Positions 9,701-18,962 of a stretch of 64,000 nucleotides of DNA are shown here, one piece after another. The notes beneath the pieces were generated by a model that saw only the letters and a list, made by a program, of their open reading frames with translations, made no database searches and was not told the DNA's origin. This DNA is from an uncultured virus (IMG/VR IMGVR_UViG_3300042384_001469). Taxonomy: Duplodnaviria > Heunggongvirae > Uroviricota > Caudoviricetes. The stretch lies in the IMG/VR virus record IMGVR_UViG_3300042384_001469. One strand, given 5' to 3'. Within the stretch, counting starts at the first letter, position 1; the number at the start of each line of letters is the position of its first letter. The position numbers were made by a program, and so were the translations under genes.

Positions 9701-12108
9701 AATCCGTCAGCAGTTTCATTAATTCCTAATTCAAAATTAGGGTCAGTAGATAAACTTGGGTCTTGGAATGTAATTAAAGCCCCTGGCTGATAAATGTCAT
9801 CACACCCTTGTATTAGTGTAACCAATACATTATCAGTGTGGAATTGATTTCCGTTTAAATCAGGTTCAACATATGTTCTAATTGCCGTAGATTCCCTAAA
9901 ATATTTTTGTTTTGTATTAGATAAATTTATTCTCTCGGCAAACGTTAAACTGTTTGAAAATAAAAATTCTCTTTCATCGTCATAAGTTAAACCTCCTGTA
10001 GCCCACGGTGAGTTATATGCAGAAGTTGGGATTCTGGCACTACAATTCCCACCTGAATTTGGTAAACCGGCAATTACTTGTGGAAAATTTTGTTGTTGTT
10101 CTCCAGGTATGTCAAGTGTTGGAGTTACTGCCCCTCCATCATTTAATGGGAAATGACAACTGTTTCCTAATTCAGAAAGAAGTGCTCCAGCCGCTGAGTT
10201 TGTATATTCTTGTGAGTTTTCACCTTCTTTACATTCACAAAAAGTACATTCATTTTCAGATTGTAATAATAATGGTAATGGTATTTTTTTTATTCTTAAT
10301 TTATCCCAAATAATTCTTGATAGTTCAGCAGGAGTCTTTTTTAATGGATTATTTAACGGAGCTCCAGGAGCTAAGAAATTAACTACCGCAACAACCGCGG
10401 CAATAAAGTAATAAATTGGCGCGTAAATTAACCAAACAATTATTTGTAATATAAAGTTTACAATATACAAAACCAATGAAATTGCATGCATTACAACAAC
10501 TAGTGGGAATAATAAAAGTTTCATTACAGATAAAATATACCTAAATAATAAAAACATTATATTACTACCTCTGTACGCATCATTTACAGGATATTTGTTA
10601 TTTTCAGCACTACAGTCATCATTAAGAATATTTTTTATACCTATAAATCTTAGTTTATTACCATTTTTGTATTTATCCATTAATTGTGAAACAGTATAAA
10701 CTTTTTTAAATTCAAACAAATAAAATCTATCTTCACAATTAATTGCATCTTGTATCATTTCTAACCCCTCAGATGTCGTAGGGTCTCCGTAATCGTACCA
10801 ATCTAAACTGAATGCATATGACTGTTGGTATCTTAAATAATTGTCGTTGGTAGAATACTCAGGATAAAATGCCGGGTTCTCATCATCATTATACGTATTT
10901 CCAGGCTCTCCCCATCCCCATTCTTTAACATTAGGTACTAAAAAATAAGCCCTTCTTGTTTGTTCAGATAATGAAGGAGATTGATTCCATTTTATTTTAA
11001 AACGGTATTTTCCTTTAGTTGGTACACCAATTGTTGGGTCTGTAGATATTACTTGCTCTCCAAACTCATTTGTATAGATGTAATCTAAGTTCATTGGTAC
11101 TTCAATTAACCAAGCACCATTTTCATCTATTAGATACCCATCATTTTGTAAATTATATTTTTCTAATTGAGGGTATCCAAATGTTACTGAATTTACATCA
11201 GTATCATAATTAATTGTTTGTCTTATAGCCAAAATTTGTCCAGGACCTGTAACTAAACTACAAAAATCTCCAACTTTTTTATCTATTTTACAATTATTAT
11301 CAATTTTTGCCTCATCTATTGTACTCATTATTGAACCCATAAACACCGCAGTTGGTGTTAGGTCAATATTAGCTTCAGCAGTTAAATCAAAATCTGTTCT
11401 TGTAATAGATGGTTGGCAAATTTCTTCGTTACCCCATAAAGGTAAAACTTCAACTTGTTTTGTTAAACTTATAATTTGCGGTAAACTATTTAAGTTTGTG
11501 GAATCATTAAATTTAACACCTGATACTTGTCCCTCAGTTGCTAATCCAATTCTTATCAAATCTTGTGGGTTTAATGAGAATTGTCCAATATCACTTAAAT
11601 CTAAATCTAAAAATATAGTAAACGACCCTACAGGGACACCAAAAATCATGTAGTCACCTGAATCATTAGTTTTTACAGTAAATTTATAGTACTTATCGTA
11701 TACCTCATAGTAACTTTTTTCTTTTAAAATTTCTTCTCTTGTTGGAAAACTTCCAGTTGGTACGTGTCCTGAATGTGATTGTTCTTTTGGCAACAAATTA
11801 TATCTATAACCATTAACATCTAAATCTGAAATATTCTCATATGGATAGATATTAGTTATTTCAGGATTTTGAGCATCCTCATCACTTAGTGGAATAAAAA
11901 GTGAAATTTTAACATTTGGAACACCAAAACCATTATTTGCAAAGACCCTACCACAAATAACACCATAGTCTGAGCAAACTCTAGTATATACGTCTCTTTG
12001 GTATATTTTTAGAGACAAAATTTCTAACACTTCAAAATCTTGTTGTAGGTCTACCTGAACTGATTTATCAACACCTACTTGTGTTCTTACTCTATATGAT
12101 GAATTCAT
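6724..12108 (-). CDS. Giant putative baseplate/tail protein (1794 aa) with N-terminal beta-sandwich and long hydrophobic segments
   Basis: YGVICGRVFANNGFGVPNVKISLF...TNDSGDYMIFGVPVG resembles a carboxypeptidase-regulatory/transthyretin-like domain. Hydrophobic run at about aa 515-580. Preceded by the TATTTAT motif. Confidence 0.55.
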   Translation of the reverse strand: MNSSYRVRTQVGVDKSVQVDLQQDFEVLEILSLKIYQRDVYTRVCSDYGVICGRVFANNGFGVPNVKISLFIPLSDEDAQNPEITNIYPYENISDLDVNGYRYNLLPKEQSHSGHVPTGSFPTREEILKEKSYYEVYDKYYKFTVKTNDSGDYMIFGVPVGSFTIFLDLDLSDIGQFSLNPQDLIRIGLATEGQVSGVKFNDSTNLNSLPQIISLTKQVEVLPLWGNEEICQPSITRTDFDLTAEANIDLTPTAVFMGSIMSTIDEAKIDNNCKIDKKVGDFCSLVTGPGQILAIRQTINYDTDVNSVTFGYPQLEKYNLQNDGYLIDENGAWLIEVPMNLDYIYTNEFGEQVISTDPTIGVPTKGKYRFKIKWNQSPSLSEQTRRAYFLVPNVKEWGWGEPGNTYNDDENPAFYPEYSTNDNYLRYQQSYAFSLDWYDYGDPTTSEGLEMIQDAINCEDRFYLFEFKKVYTVSQLMDKYKNGNKLRFIGIKNILNDDCSAENNKYPVNDAYRGSNIMFLLFRYILSVMKLLLFPLVVVMHAISLVLYIVNFILQIIVWLIYAPIYYFIAAVVAVVNFLAPGAPLNNPLKKTPAELSRIIWDKLRIKKIPLPLLLQSENECTFCECKEGENSQEYTNSAAGALLSELGNSCHFPLNDGGAVTPTLDIPGEQQQNFPQVIAGLPNSGGNCSARIPTSAYNSPWATGGLTYDDEREFLFSNSLTFAERINLSNTKQKYFRESTAIRTYVEPDLNGNQFHTDNVLVTLIQGCDDIYQPGALITFQDPSLSTDPNFELGINETADGLYQISGTSTSATSITVSYCTLDNNTLTGTKVYNLPLKDSEEYLTFARYRFDMEYFQVVTAITYSQFISLGNGSASDLSSHGTFYHRIFKTPMSVMFAKDTAGNQSQFEAEFKGTVFCNESSFSELANSKIVIMVRGVDPYSPKYKIKYDISRILNRGYGQVVVGGGEDVMFKLNIPVQPGGTSTGNKKRSVRHNQIVNNNSADQFGGRMFFPSWFFQPGTEFQPFQTELTKYYGSMDASLINAFNVIPWETSSTNLNSLQVGQNSEGYLLVKMKGQTLQCEEDMQASTGYGCNAFTAHYEWEGDDKWGFPPQPNDNALVNGVGENGGSTWGGSAYMLHYADNGLLGDSVDGCSFMYMHFGGDNNEWKKSRSVYYSPSYLNGTPPGTYGNFGKTLIDNPTNIVFRSDRLPTSTTTTTAQRNHFLFFQNRNFSAFRISDTGEVYASSSSVDGIELENALFSDGSTLGALNDQVVASFSECASAVPLKCYNIDNDGVVIIDDFPDCTTGPLGIPYFQNGKGCYSLVTIPIIGIPWDFFRINEWYKRTLTSLFLCMEGIQYHFFNNWVSGNLFMPTFYSITELNNDGFPVRRYCEDIIVFHEDSKNYYYRSSPYRYGYGFIGGRTRQRNEIAGLNNYVRGNYRNLKTPTTIINLGPITSYTQELVQGVGYSGYIANTLTPSSFRDITDIVNFFVASRQIETAYEQAVNTFVAISLAIVNPGILLVVGGGDPTKNFFGDRNSREPDKVNADLAQMISINSEYGVKPFNPAGYPSANSIRIIPIYNLFDINVLLTALASGGVAALLTPAKFTIGIFFNSDNSKRDAITPKRIVWNQNAQLPFQPNDVTLYTQPSQSVPFYQWQNDYMTRAEFLELPLGINIPYPLLGREVIFGSHKNDWYTEPINSNTTTFFQRNIQYLDRTENTSRYFMAESNQAKYMKGFIYNVDSDGNLREDLGNITEDKYTVGSPYHFYFGLKRGRTAVDLFYIKYVDSEIVIE

Positions 12109-12158
12109 GTTATTTTTTTAATAAATAGTTTATGAACTATTTTAAAAAAATAAATAAC

Positions 12159-13997
12159 TTACGAAAAATTGACAGTTTGGAAATTCTTAACTTGAACTGT
12201 AATATCTCTATTTGGGAACCTTACTTGATATATTTGACTCGGTTCCGCAAATAACGTGTCATCAACCAATGATATTTGTTTCGTATTAGAATTTGAATAA
12301 CTCATTGAGGTTTGATTTGATGAATACTCTCCTCCAACTTTGTTAAATACCACAACATCAGTGATACTTATCACACCATTTAAACTTTGAATTTGTCTTT
12401 TTATCTCAGAAATATAAATGTTTTCTCCCATCTCAATGTTAGCAGGACTCATATAAGTTGATACAATATTAACTATTGAAGAGATGACATTCCCTTGGTT
12501 TTGACTTGAGTCTAATACAACACTAATTTGAAACGCCAAGTCAACAACTTGTGCAGATTCAATTGAAATATAATCATTTAACATTCTATAATTTGATAAA
12601 TAATTCGCAATGTTTTCTTGAATAGTATTTGATATTGAACTTGTTAACGTTCCATTATTATCATATGATAATATTTTAATTTTAATTTTATTTTCCTCTT
12701 CAACAATTGCAACTTTACCAGGTGCCCCGAATTTTGAAGGCATTGTGTTTATTAACGACTGATAGTCATTAATTGTCACAGCTCTTTGTTGTGCAGCAAA
12801 ATTAAACGAAACATAGTTTCTAACTTCTTCAATACTAGGTGCGTCAGCCCCACCAATTGCCGCAGTCACATTATTACATGAAAGAGAATTTACAACATTT
12901 GTATTAATTATTTGATTTGGTCCGTTCACAAAAAATGTAACTGTACCAATTTGATTTATAACATTAACACCTAAATTACTACCTGACCCTCCACCAATTC
13001 TATATTGAATAAACAATGTTGAATTAGCCTTTAATGTTGACCCTAAACCAAAATTATTTTGGTACCTTGACAAATCAAGTGGTGTACCATTTCTTGCAAA
13101 ATCACGTAATAAATCATCCGCAGATGTATTACCACCACCAAAAGTCATTTTACAATAACCTAAAGGTGTATATTCAGAAACAAATCTAGAATTTGTAATT
13201 ATATATTTACCAACTTTAACACCTGGTTTATCTGAGACTTTAGTTGGGTCTTCTATAAAAACTCTGTCTTCAGCCAAAGAATTAACTTCGTACCATTTGT
13301 TTGCAGGACTTAGAAAATCATCATATGAAGGAATACCATTATAATTTGTACCATCTTTTAAAATTACACTTGTTATTGATAAGACATTTTGTTCAGGTAA
13401 AAACACTTCTAAAAATGGTCTCGCGTCTTGAGCGTTAACTGTCTTTCTAAAAACTTTAGTAGTTCCATTAACAACAGTTTCTCTTTTTGTAATTGTATAA
13501 TTTATTAAATTATTGTTATTATCAAAATTTGGTATTTTTAATCTATTAGGTCTTCCTAAAGAATTAAATGGCGATGAAAAATCAACATCATCAACAGTTT
13601 CAAATACTTGTCCACCACCAATAAATTGAGCTCCTCTCCTTAAAAATCCACAATATCTTAAATCTTCTTGGTCCCCCAACGCAGGTACAGTTATACTAAT
13701 ATCAAGTATTGCAACTGATGGTCTAACATTTGGAATTTTTAATCCATATGTTCTTGCGATGTTATAAATTGAAGACCTTTGTTGTGCGTACTGTAATACC
13801 GTTTCTTGAATACTTCTATCAATATTATAGTAAAGGTTGTCAGTGACAGCGGCGTTCAAATCCATCATAACTGAAAAAATTGAAGCGTCGTTGAAATTTT
13901 GTACTACAGTCGGATAATACGTTTTTGTGTAATTAATAAGTTCGGTCCTTATCGCTTCAAAATCTTTTACTGTGTATGATATTTTTTTGTTGGCCAT
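12159..13997 (-). CDS. Baseplate wedge subunit, T4 gp6 / baseplate J-like
   Basis: KDFEAIRTELINY, AQQRSSIYNIARTYG, YRIGGG, GGADAPSIEEVR...FAAQQRAVTINDY are gp6/J family motifs. Confidence 0.9.
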   Translation of the reverse strand: MANKKISYTVKDFEAIRTELINYTKTYYPTVVQNFNDASIFSVMMDLNAAVTDNLYYNIDRSIQETVLQYAQQRSSIYNIARTYGLKIPNVRPSVAILDISITVPALGDQEDLRYCGFLRRGAQFIGGGQVFETVDDVDFSSPFNSLGRPNRLKIPNFDNNNNLINYTITKRETVVNGTTKVFRKTVNAQDARPFLEVFLPEQNVLSITSVILKDGTNYNGIPSYDDFLSPANKWYEVNSLAEDRVFIEDPTKVSDKPGVKVGKYIITNSRFVSEYTPLGYCKMTFGGGNTSADDLLRDFARNGTPLDLSRYQNNFGLGSTLKANSTLFIQYRIGGGSGSNLGVNVINQIGTVTFFVNGPNQIINTNVVNSLSCNNVTAAIGGADAPSIEEVRNYVSFNFAAQQRAVTINDYQSLINTMPSKFGAPGKVAIVEEENKIKIKILSYDNNGTLTSSISNTIQENIANYLSNYRMLNDYISIESAQVVDLAFQISVVLDSSQNQGNVISSIVNIVSTYMSPANIEMGENIYISEIKRQIQSLNGVISITDVVVFNKVGGEYSSNQTSMSYSNSNTKQISLVDDTLFAEPSQIYQVRFPNRDITVQVKNFQTVNFS

Positions 13998-14001
13998 ATT
14001 T

Positions 14002-14463
14002 TTAAATATTAATTATGACAAAGTCACTACTTTCAAAAGTATTGTTTTTTATTTTATAATCAATCCTAACTTTTGCAGTATAGTCTCTAACCCCTTGTCC
14101 GGGTATATTATAAGTATTATTAATTACCGTACCATTACTTAATACTACTTTATCAAACTCTTCATCTGTTGCCGCGTAAACTTTAACTGAGGTAATAAGT
14201 AAATTTGGCATATAAGTTTCACAAGCGGTTCTAATATCAGATTCAATATCCCCAAAAGAAAGTCCGTCTAAAGGATTGAAAATATATTCATAAATTCTTG
14301 TACCAAATTCAGGTAAAAAATATCTTGAGCCTTTTCTAGTTAAGATTAAATGTATTAAACTACTTCTAATTTCTTCATCAGAAGTTTCTGACAAATCTAA
14401 ATAGAACCCATATGGAGAATCTCTAAATGGAAAATTAATACCGTATGTTATTGGGCTTGGCAT
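14002..14463 (-). CDS. Baseplate wedge / sheath initiator, T4 gp25 (GPW_gp25)-like
   Basis: IRSSLIHLILTRKGSRYFLPEFGTRIYEYIFNP is the gp25 family signature. Confidence 0.9.
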   Translation of the reverse strand: MPSPITYGINFPFRDSPYGFYLDLSETSDEEIRSSLIHLILTRKGSRYFLPEFGTRIYEYIFNPLDGLSFGDIESDIRTACETYMPNLLITSVKVYAATDEEFDKVVLSNGTVINNTYNIPGQGVRDYTAKVRIDYKIKNNTFESSDFVIINI

Positions 14464-14696
14464 ATTACATAAATATAATGTTGTAAAATTTTAAATAAAA
14501 TAAAAAATCCCAATATGTATTGACTCAAATCAAAACAATAATTTTACCATTAATAGTTTTTGGAATATTGTTTTCGTATTCAAATTCTACAAATTTTTGT
14601 TTTAACAAGTATTCTGTTATAAAATCGTTAATTGGATAATAATTTAAACAATCCACGATTAGTTTTTCTTTTGAGGTGTACTTATAATACCCTACC

Positions 14697-15464
14697 TCAT
14701 AGTCCCATATCGTCAATGAATTTTTTGTGGGACTTTTTGTAAGAAGATTTACTTTCGTCATTAACATCTGTTGTATATTGCCAATTCCAATATAGTTTCT
14801 TATTCGGTTTAAATCCATAGAATTTGTGAGCATCCATTTGAGTTTCTGTAACATTCTCACCATTCCAATTTTGTCCAACACAAATAAATCCTGTTTCAAT
14901 ATCTTCAACTATATTTTTTTCACCTAAAGTAGTATGTCGGGTTTCAATCCAATTTAATCTTTCAATCAAATTTTGATAAAACATATTAGCTTGTCCCCAT
15001 CTTACTGAACTAAAGAATATAACTGCGTCAGATTCAAAAAGTTCTTTAGATATTTTCCAAAGTTCATCTGTTTTATTGTTTAAACTCGCCCAACATCTGT
15101 GATATCCTGAAGGATTTTTCTTATCATCTTTAAGTAACGATTTTAAAAGTCCACAAGTGTTACCTTCTTTTCTCGACACATTACCTTCACAAGGAAAAAT
15201 CTTGAGTTCTGAAACATCAATAAAAACTGATTTATCACCTAATTCTTCATTCAAATACATTGCGATTAATTTTGATTTAGGTACGTCGACTTTTTTAGGG
15301 TCCCAATTAAACCTATTTGAACAACTTAACAATAAAACTTTTTTCTTATTTTTTAAAATGTCTAAAGTCTCTTTTAGTTTTTTTGCACCATCCTCTTGCA
15401 CTAAATCTTCCAAAAGCATCATTTTTCTTATTTTCTCAATTTCTTCCTGAATAATATTAGACAT
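14697..15464 (-). CDS. Flavodoxin-fold protein (NADPH-dependent FMN reductase / WrbA / iron-sulfur flavoprotein-like) with N-terminal extension
   Basis: KVLLLSCSNR...SKLIA; FPCEG; ELFESDAVIFFSSVRWGQANMFYQNLIERL matches the 'D.IIF.SP.Y.G......K..IDR' pattern. Confidence 0.7.
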   Translation of the reverse strand: MSNIIQEEIEKIRKMMLLEDLVQEDGAKKLKETLDILKNKKKVLLLSCSNRFNWDPKKVDVPKSKLIAMYLNEELGDKSVFIDVSELKIFPCEGNVSRKEGNTCGLLKSLLKDDKKNPSGYHRCWASLNNKTDELWKISKELFESDAVIFFSSVRWGQANMFYQNLIERLNWIETRHTTLGEKNIVEDIETGFICVGQNWNGENVTETQMDAHKFYGFKPNKKLYWNWQYTTDVNDESKSSYKKSHKKFIDDMGL

Positions 15465-15485
15465 ACCGATAAATAGTTTATAAAC

Positions 15486-15512
15486 AAAAAAAATCCCGAC
15501 CTAGCTCGGGAT
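15486..15512 (-). terminator. Intrinsic terminator after nrdA
   Basis: Minus strand ATCCCGA-GCTAGG-TCGGGAT followed by a T run. Confidence 0.75.
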
Positions 15513-15535
15513 AACACATCGGATGTTTTAAAAAT

Positions 15536-17968
15536 TTAAGATGAACAACCAAAACAATCAAAATCACTATTCTCAGGTTTTGGAGGTAAATTCATATAAC
15601 TGTAGTCTACCTTTGGTGGTTCTGGTGTAGGATTTGGTTTATTAATTTTTGAAGTATCAATCGCCAAATGTTTAGCCCCTGTTGAGATTGCCTTTGTTCT
15701 AACATAATAACAAAGTGTTTTCAATCCCTTTTCCCATCCATAGAAATGTGATGATGAAATCTTTGACAATGTTGGGTTACCCATATAGATATTCATTGAT
15801 TGTGATTGGTCAATAAACGGAGCTCTGTCGGCCGCCATTTCAATCAATGATTTTTGTGAGATTTCCCAAATTGTTTTATACTTGTTAATTAAGTGCTCAA
15901 TTCTTTTAACTTTTGAATTGTACTTCTTATCTTCTTGGTCAAGGTAGTTGTTGAAATTAATGTTTTGGATTGAACCTTCGTTCATTATGATTTCGTTTTT
16001 CAAATCCTCACACCAAATTCCAATCTTTTCAAAGTCATTAATCAAATACTTGTTAACAATCATAATCTCTCCACCAACTACACGTCTGTTAAAGATTGCT
16101 GAGTGAGCGGGTTCTGTCATTTCATATGAACCTGTAATCTTCGCTGAAGATGCTACAGGCATTTGAGCTGTAAATAATGAGTTACAAACACCATATTTAC
16201 TAACATTCTGTTTAAGAATTCCCCAAGGCCATCTTCCTGATAACTCATCTTCTTTTAATCCCCACATATCAAATTGGAACACTCCTTCTGACATTGGTGA
16301 CCCTTCAAAGTGAACGTATGGTTCATACTTACCATCCATACACAATCTGTTACTTTCAGTGATTGCCGCGAAATAGATTGTTTCAAAAATCTCTTTATTC
16401 AACTTACGAGCTTCATCAGATGTGAAGATGTAATCCATCAAATAGAATACGTCAGCAAGTCCTTGTGTTCCGATAGCAATTGCTCTTTGTTCCAGTCCAC
16501 CCTTACGACCTTTTTCAGTTGAGTAATTGTTGATGTTAACAACTTTGTTTAACGCTCTTACAACTTTACGAGTTTCTTCGTATAACCCATTAAAATCAAA
16601 CTCACCATCTTTTACATAGTTCTTTAACACCATAGATGAAAGAGTACAGATTGCAGTTGTATTCTCGTCAGTATATTGGTAAATCTCATTACAAAGATTT
16701 GATTGTTTAATTACACCAATATTCTGATGATTTGTCTTTTTGTTAGCATTGTCTTTAGAACAAAGATATGGAACACCAGTTTCAATTTGAGATTCAATAA
16801 TCTTATTCCAAATTTCTTGGGCCTTAACTTTCTTACCTAATCCTAACTCAACTGCCTTGTCGTAATTTGACTCATATTCATCACCATAAGATTCTTGTAA
16901 CGGTTTGATACCCGCTTTAACAATATCATTAGGACAGAATAAATACCAATTGTCATTGTTCTTAACCGCATTCATAAAGTTGTCAGGAATCCAAAGTGCG
17001 GTGAACAAATCACGAGCTCTCAATTCCTCAGCACCTGTGTTCTTTTTAATATCCAATAAATCAAAGATATCTTTATGCCAAGGTTCCAAGTAAATTGCTG
17101 CGGAACCTGGTCTACGTCCTTGTTGGTTAAAGAAACGAAGTGACTCGTTAACAATCTTCAAATACTTTAACAATCCACCAGCATATCCTCCAGAAGATGT
17201 TATACGACTCTCCTTACTACGAATGTTAGACATTGATAGTCCGATACCCGCAGCGTCTGATGAATAGGTTGAGATGTCTCTCATAGTATTTAACAAACCT
17301 TCACGAGAATCCGAATCGTTATAATGAAGAACACAAGACGCCAATTGTGGAACCTTTGTTCCAGCATTAATCATAATCGGGGTTGCCGGAGATATTCTTT
17401 GGGTGGATAAAGCTTGGTAATATTCCATAGCCTCTTCAAATGTATTGGTCACCCAAAGAGCAACTCTCATGTACATATGTTGTGGTCTTTCAACAACTTT
17501 TCCATTTGGTAGTTTTAACAAGTACATTTCGGCGAGTGACCTCCAAGCAAAATAGTCAAAGTTATAATCATTATCGTGATTAATTACCTCATCAATTTTA
17601 CTAGGCCCATAAGATTCGACAATCTCCATTAATTCATTACTTACAATACCATCAACGTGTAAGGTATGCATCGTATTTGAAAAACTTGGGTCAGTTTCTT
17701 TGTGGTATGACGAGATTGCAACAGATGAAGCTAAACGAGAGTAATCGTGATGACTACCTGTAAACGCCGCAGCAATTTCATAAATTAACTTATCTAAATC
17801 TTTGGTAGTGATAACCCCTTCAGTTGGTACTGAAGTGATTACTTTAATAAAGATTTCGTCAGAATTAACATTTAAACCTTTTGAGGCTCGTTTAATTCTT
17901 TGATAAATTTTCTGTGGATTAAACGACGCATCGTCCCCACTACGTTTTTTAATTCTTAATGACATCAT
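15536..17968 (-). CDS. nrdA: Ribonucleoside-diphosphate reductase class Ia, alpha subunit with ATP-cone
   Basis: N-terminal ATP cone, SPATP, QLASC, SNLCNEI catalytic loop, AICTLSS, YYVR and C-terminal CFGC. Confidence 0.97.
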   Translation of the reverse strand: MMSLRIKKRSGDDASFNPQKIYQRIKRASKGLNVNSDEIFIKVITSVPTEGVITTKDLDKLIYEIAAAFTGSHHDYSRLASSVAISSYHKETDPSFSNTMHTLHVDGIVSNELMEIVESYGPSKIDEVINHDNDYNFDYFAWRSLAEMYLLKLPNGKVVERPQHMYMRVALWVTNTFEEAMEYYQALSTQRISPATPIMINAGTKVPQLASCVLHYNDSDSREGLLNTMRDISTYSSDAAGIGLSMSNIRSKESRITSSGGYAGGLLKYLKIVNESLRFFNQQGRRPGSAAIYLEPWHKDIFDLLDIKKNTGAEELRARDLFTALWIPDNFMNAVKNNDNWYLFCPNDIVKAGIKPLQESYGDEYESNYDKAVELGLGKKVKAQEIWNKIIESQIETGVPYLCSKDNANKKTNHQNIGVIKQSNLCNEIYQYTDENTTAICTLSSMVLKNYVKDGEFDFNGLYEETRKVVRALNKVVNINNYSTEKGRKGGLEQRAIAIGTQGLADVFYLMDYIFTSDEARKLNKEIFETIYFAAITESNRLCMDGKYEPYVHFEGSPMSEGVFQFDMWGLKEDELSGRWPWGILKQNVSKYGVCNSLFTAQMPVASSAKITGSYEMTEPAHSAIFNRRVVGGEIMIVNKYLINDFEKIGIWCEDLKNEIIMNEGSIQNINFNNYLDQEDKKYNSKVKRIEHLINKYKTIWEISQKSLIEMAADRAPFIDQSQSMNIYMGNPTLSKISSSHFYGWEKGLKTLCYYVRTKAISTGAKHLAIDTSKINKPNPTPEPPKVDYSYMNLPPKPENSDFDCFGCSS

Positions 17969-17987
17969 AGTTTAAAAAGATAGTAAA

Positions 17988-18935
17988 TTAAAAGTCATCA
18001 GTAAAGGAGAGAGTCTCATTTAACTTTGCTTTTTGATATTCAACTGTACGTGATTCAAAGAAGTTACCCTTTGTTTCAACTGCAATTTGTTCCATAAATT
18101 TAAATGGTTGTTCAACATTAAATTGTTTTTTACAACCAAACTTAATTAATAATCCATCAACAACAAACTCAAGGTATTGTTTCATAAGATTTGAATTCAT
18201 ACCAATAAGTGAAACTGGTAATGATTCTGTGATGAATTCTTTTTCAATTTCAAGAGCCGACAATAAAATCTCTTTAATTCTTTTTTCACTTGGTTTTTCT
18301 TCTACGTGATTATTCAATAAATGAATTGCAAAATCACAATGTAAATTTTCATCTTTAAAGATTAAAGAATTAGCATTACACAATCCTTGCATAATTCCAC
18401 GAGACTTTAACCAAAAGATTGAACAAAACGAACCTGAAAAGAAAATACCCTCAACCGCGGCAAATGCCACCAACCTTTCTTGGAAGGATGCGTTTTCAAT
18501 CCAATCCAAAGCCCATTTAGCTTTCTTTTGAACTGCCGGTAGGTTATCCAAAGCTGTAAAACATTTGTTTTTTTCCTCTTCATTTGAGATATAAGTATCA
18601 ATCAATAATGAGTACATTAACGAGTGAATGTTTTCCATTGCAAGTTGTATTCCATAGAAAAATTTAGCCTCGGGATACTGAACCTCTCTATAAAAATTTT
18701 CAGCCAAATTTTCGTTAACGATACCGTCGGATGCCGCAAAAAATGAAAGAATATTTTTAATAAAATATTGTTCGTTTTCTGAAAGATTTTCCCAATCTCT
18801 AATATCACCACTTAAATCAACTTCTTCCGCAGTCCAAAACGCGGCTTGGTGCATTTTATAATATTCCCATATATCATTGTATTGGATTGGGAATATCACA
18901 AATCTGTTTGGGTTCTCTTTTAATATTTTTTCCAT
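17988..18935 (-). CDS. nrdB: Ribonucleoside-diphosphate reductase class Ia, beta subunit
   Basis: [30 protein letters not shown] and DENLH di-iron/tyrosyl radical motifs. Confidence 0.97.
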   Translation of the reverse strand: MEKILKENPNRFVIFPIQYNDIWEYYKMHQAAFWTAEEVDLSGDIRDWENLSENEQYFIKNILSFFAASDGIVNENLAENFYREVQYPEAKFFYGIQLAMENIHSLMYSLLIDTYISNEEEKNKCFTALDNLPAVQKKAKWALDWIENASFQERLVAFAAVEGIFFSGSFCSIFWLKSRGIMQGLCNANSLIFKDENLHCDFAIHLLNNHVEEKPSEKRIKEILLSALEIEKEFITESLPVSLIGMNSNLMKQYLEFVVDGLLIKFGCKKQFNVEQPFKFMEQIAVETKGNFFESRTVEYQKAKLNETLSFTDDF

Positions 18936-18962
18936 ATTTTTAATTTATTTCTGTTTTAATAA

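Noticed and set aside
14501..14525. Possible terminator AAAAAATCCCAATA-TG-TATTG
   Set aside because: The stem is only 5 bp, AT-rich, and the GC arm has no partner.
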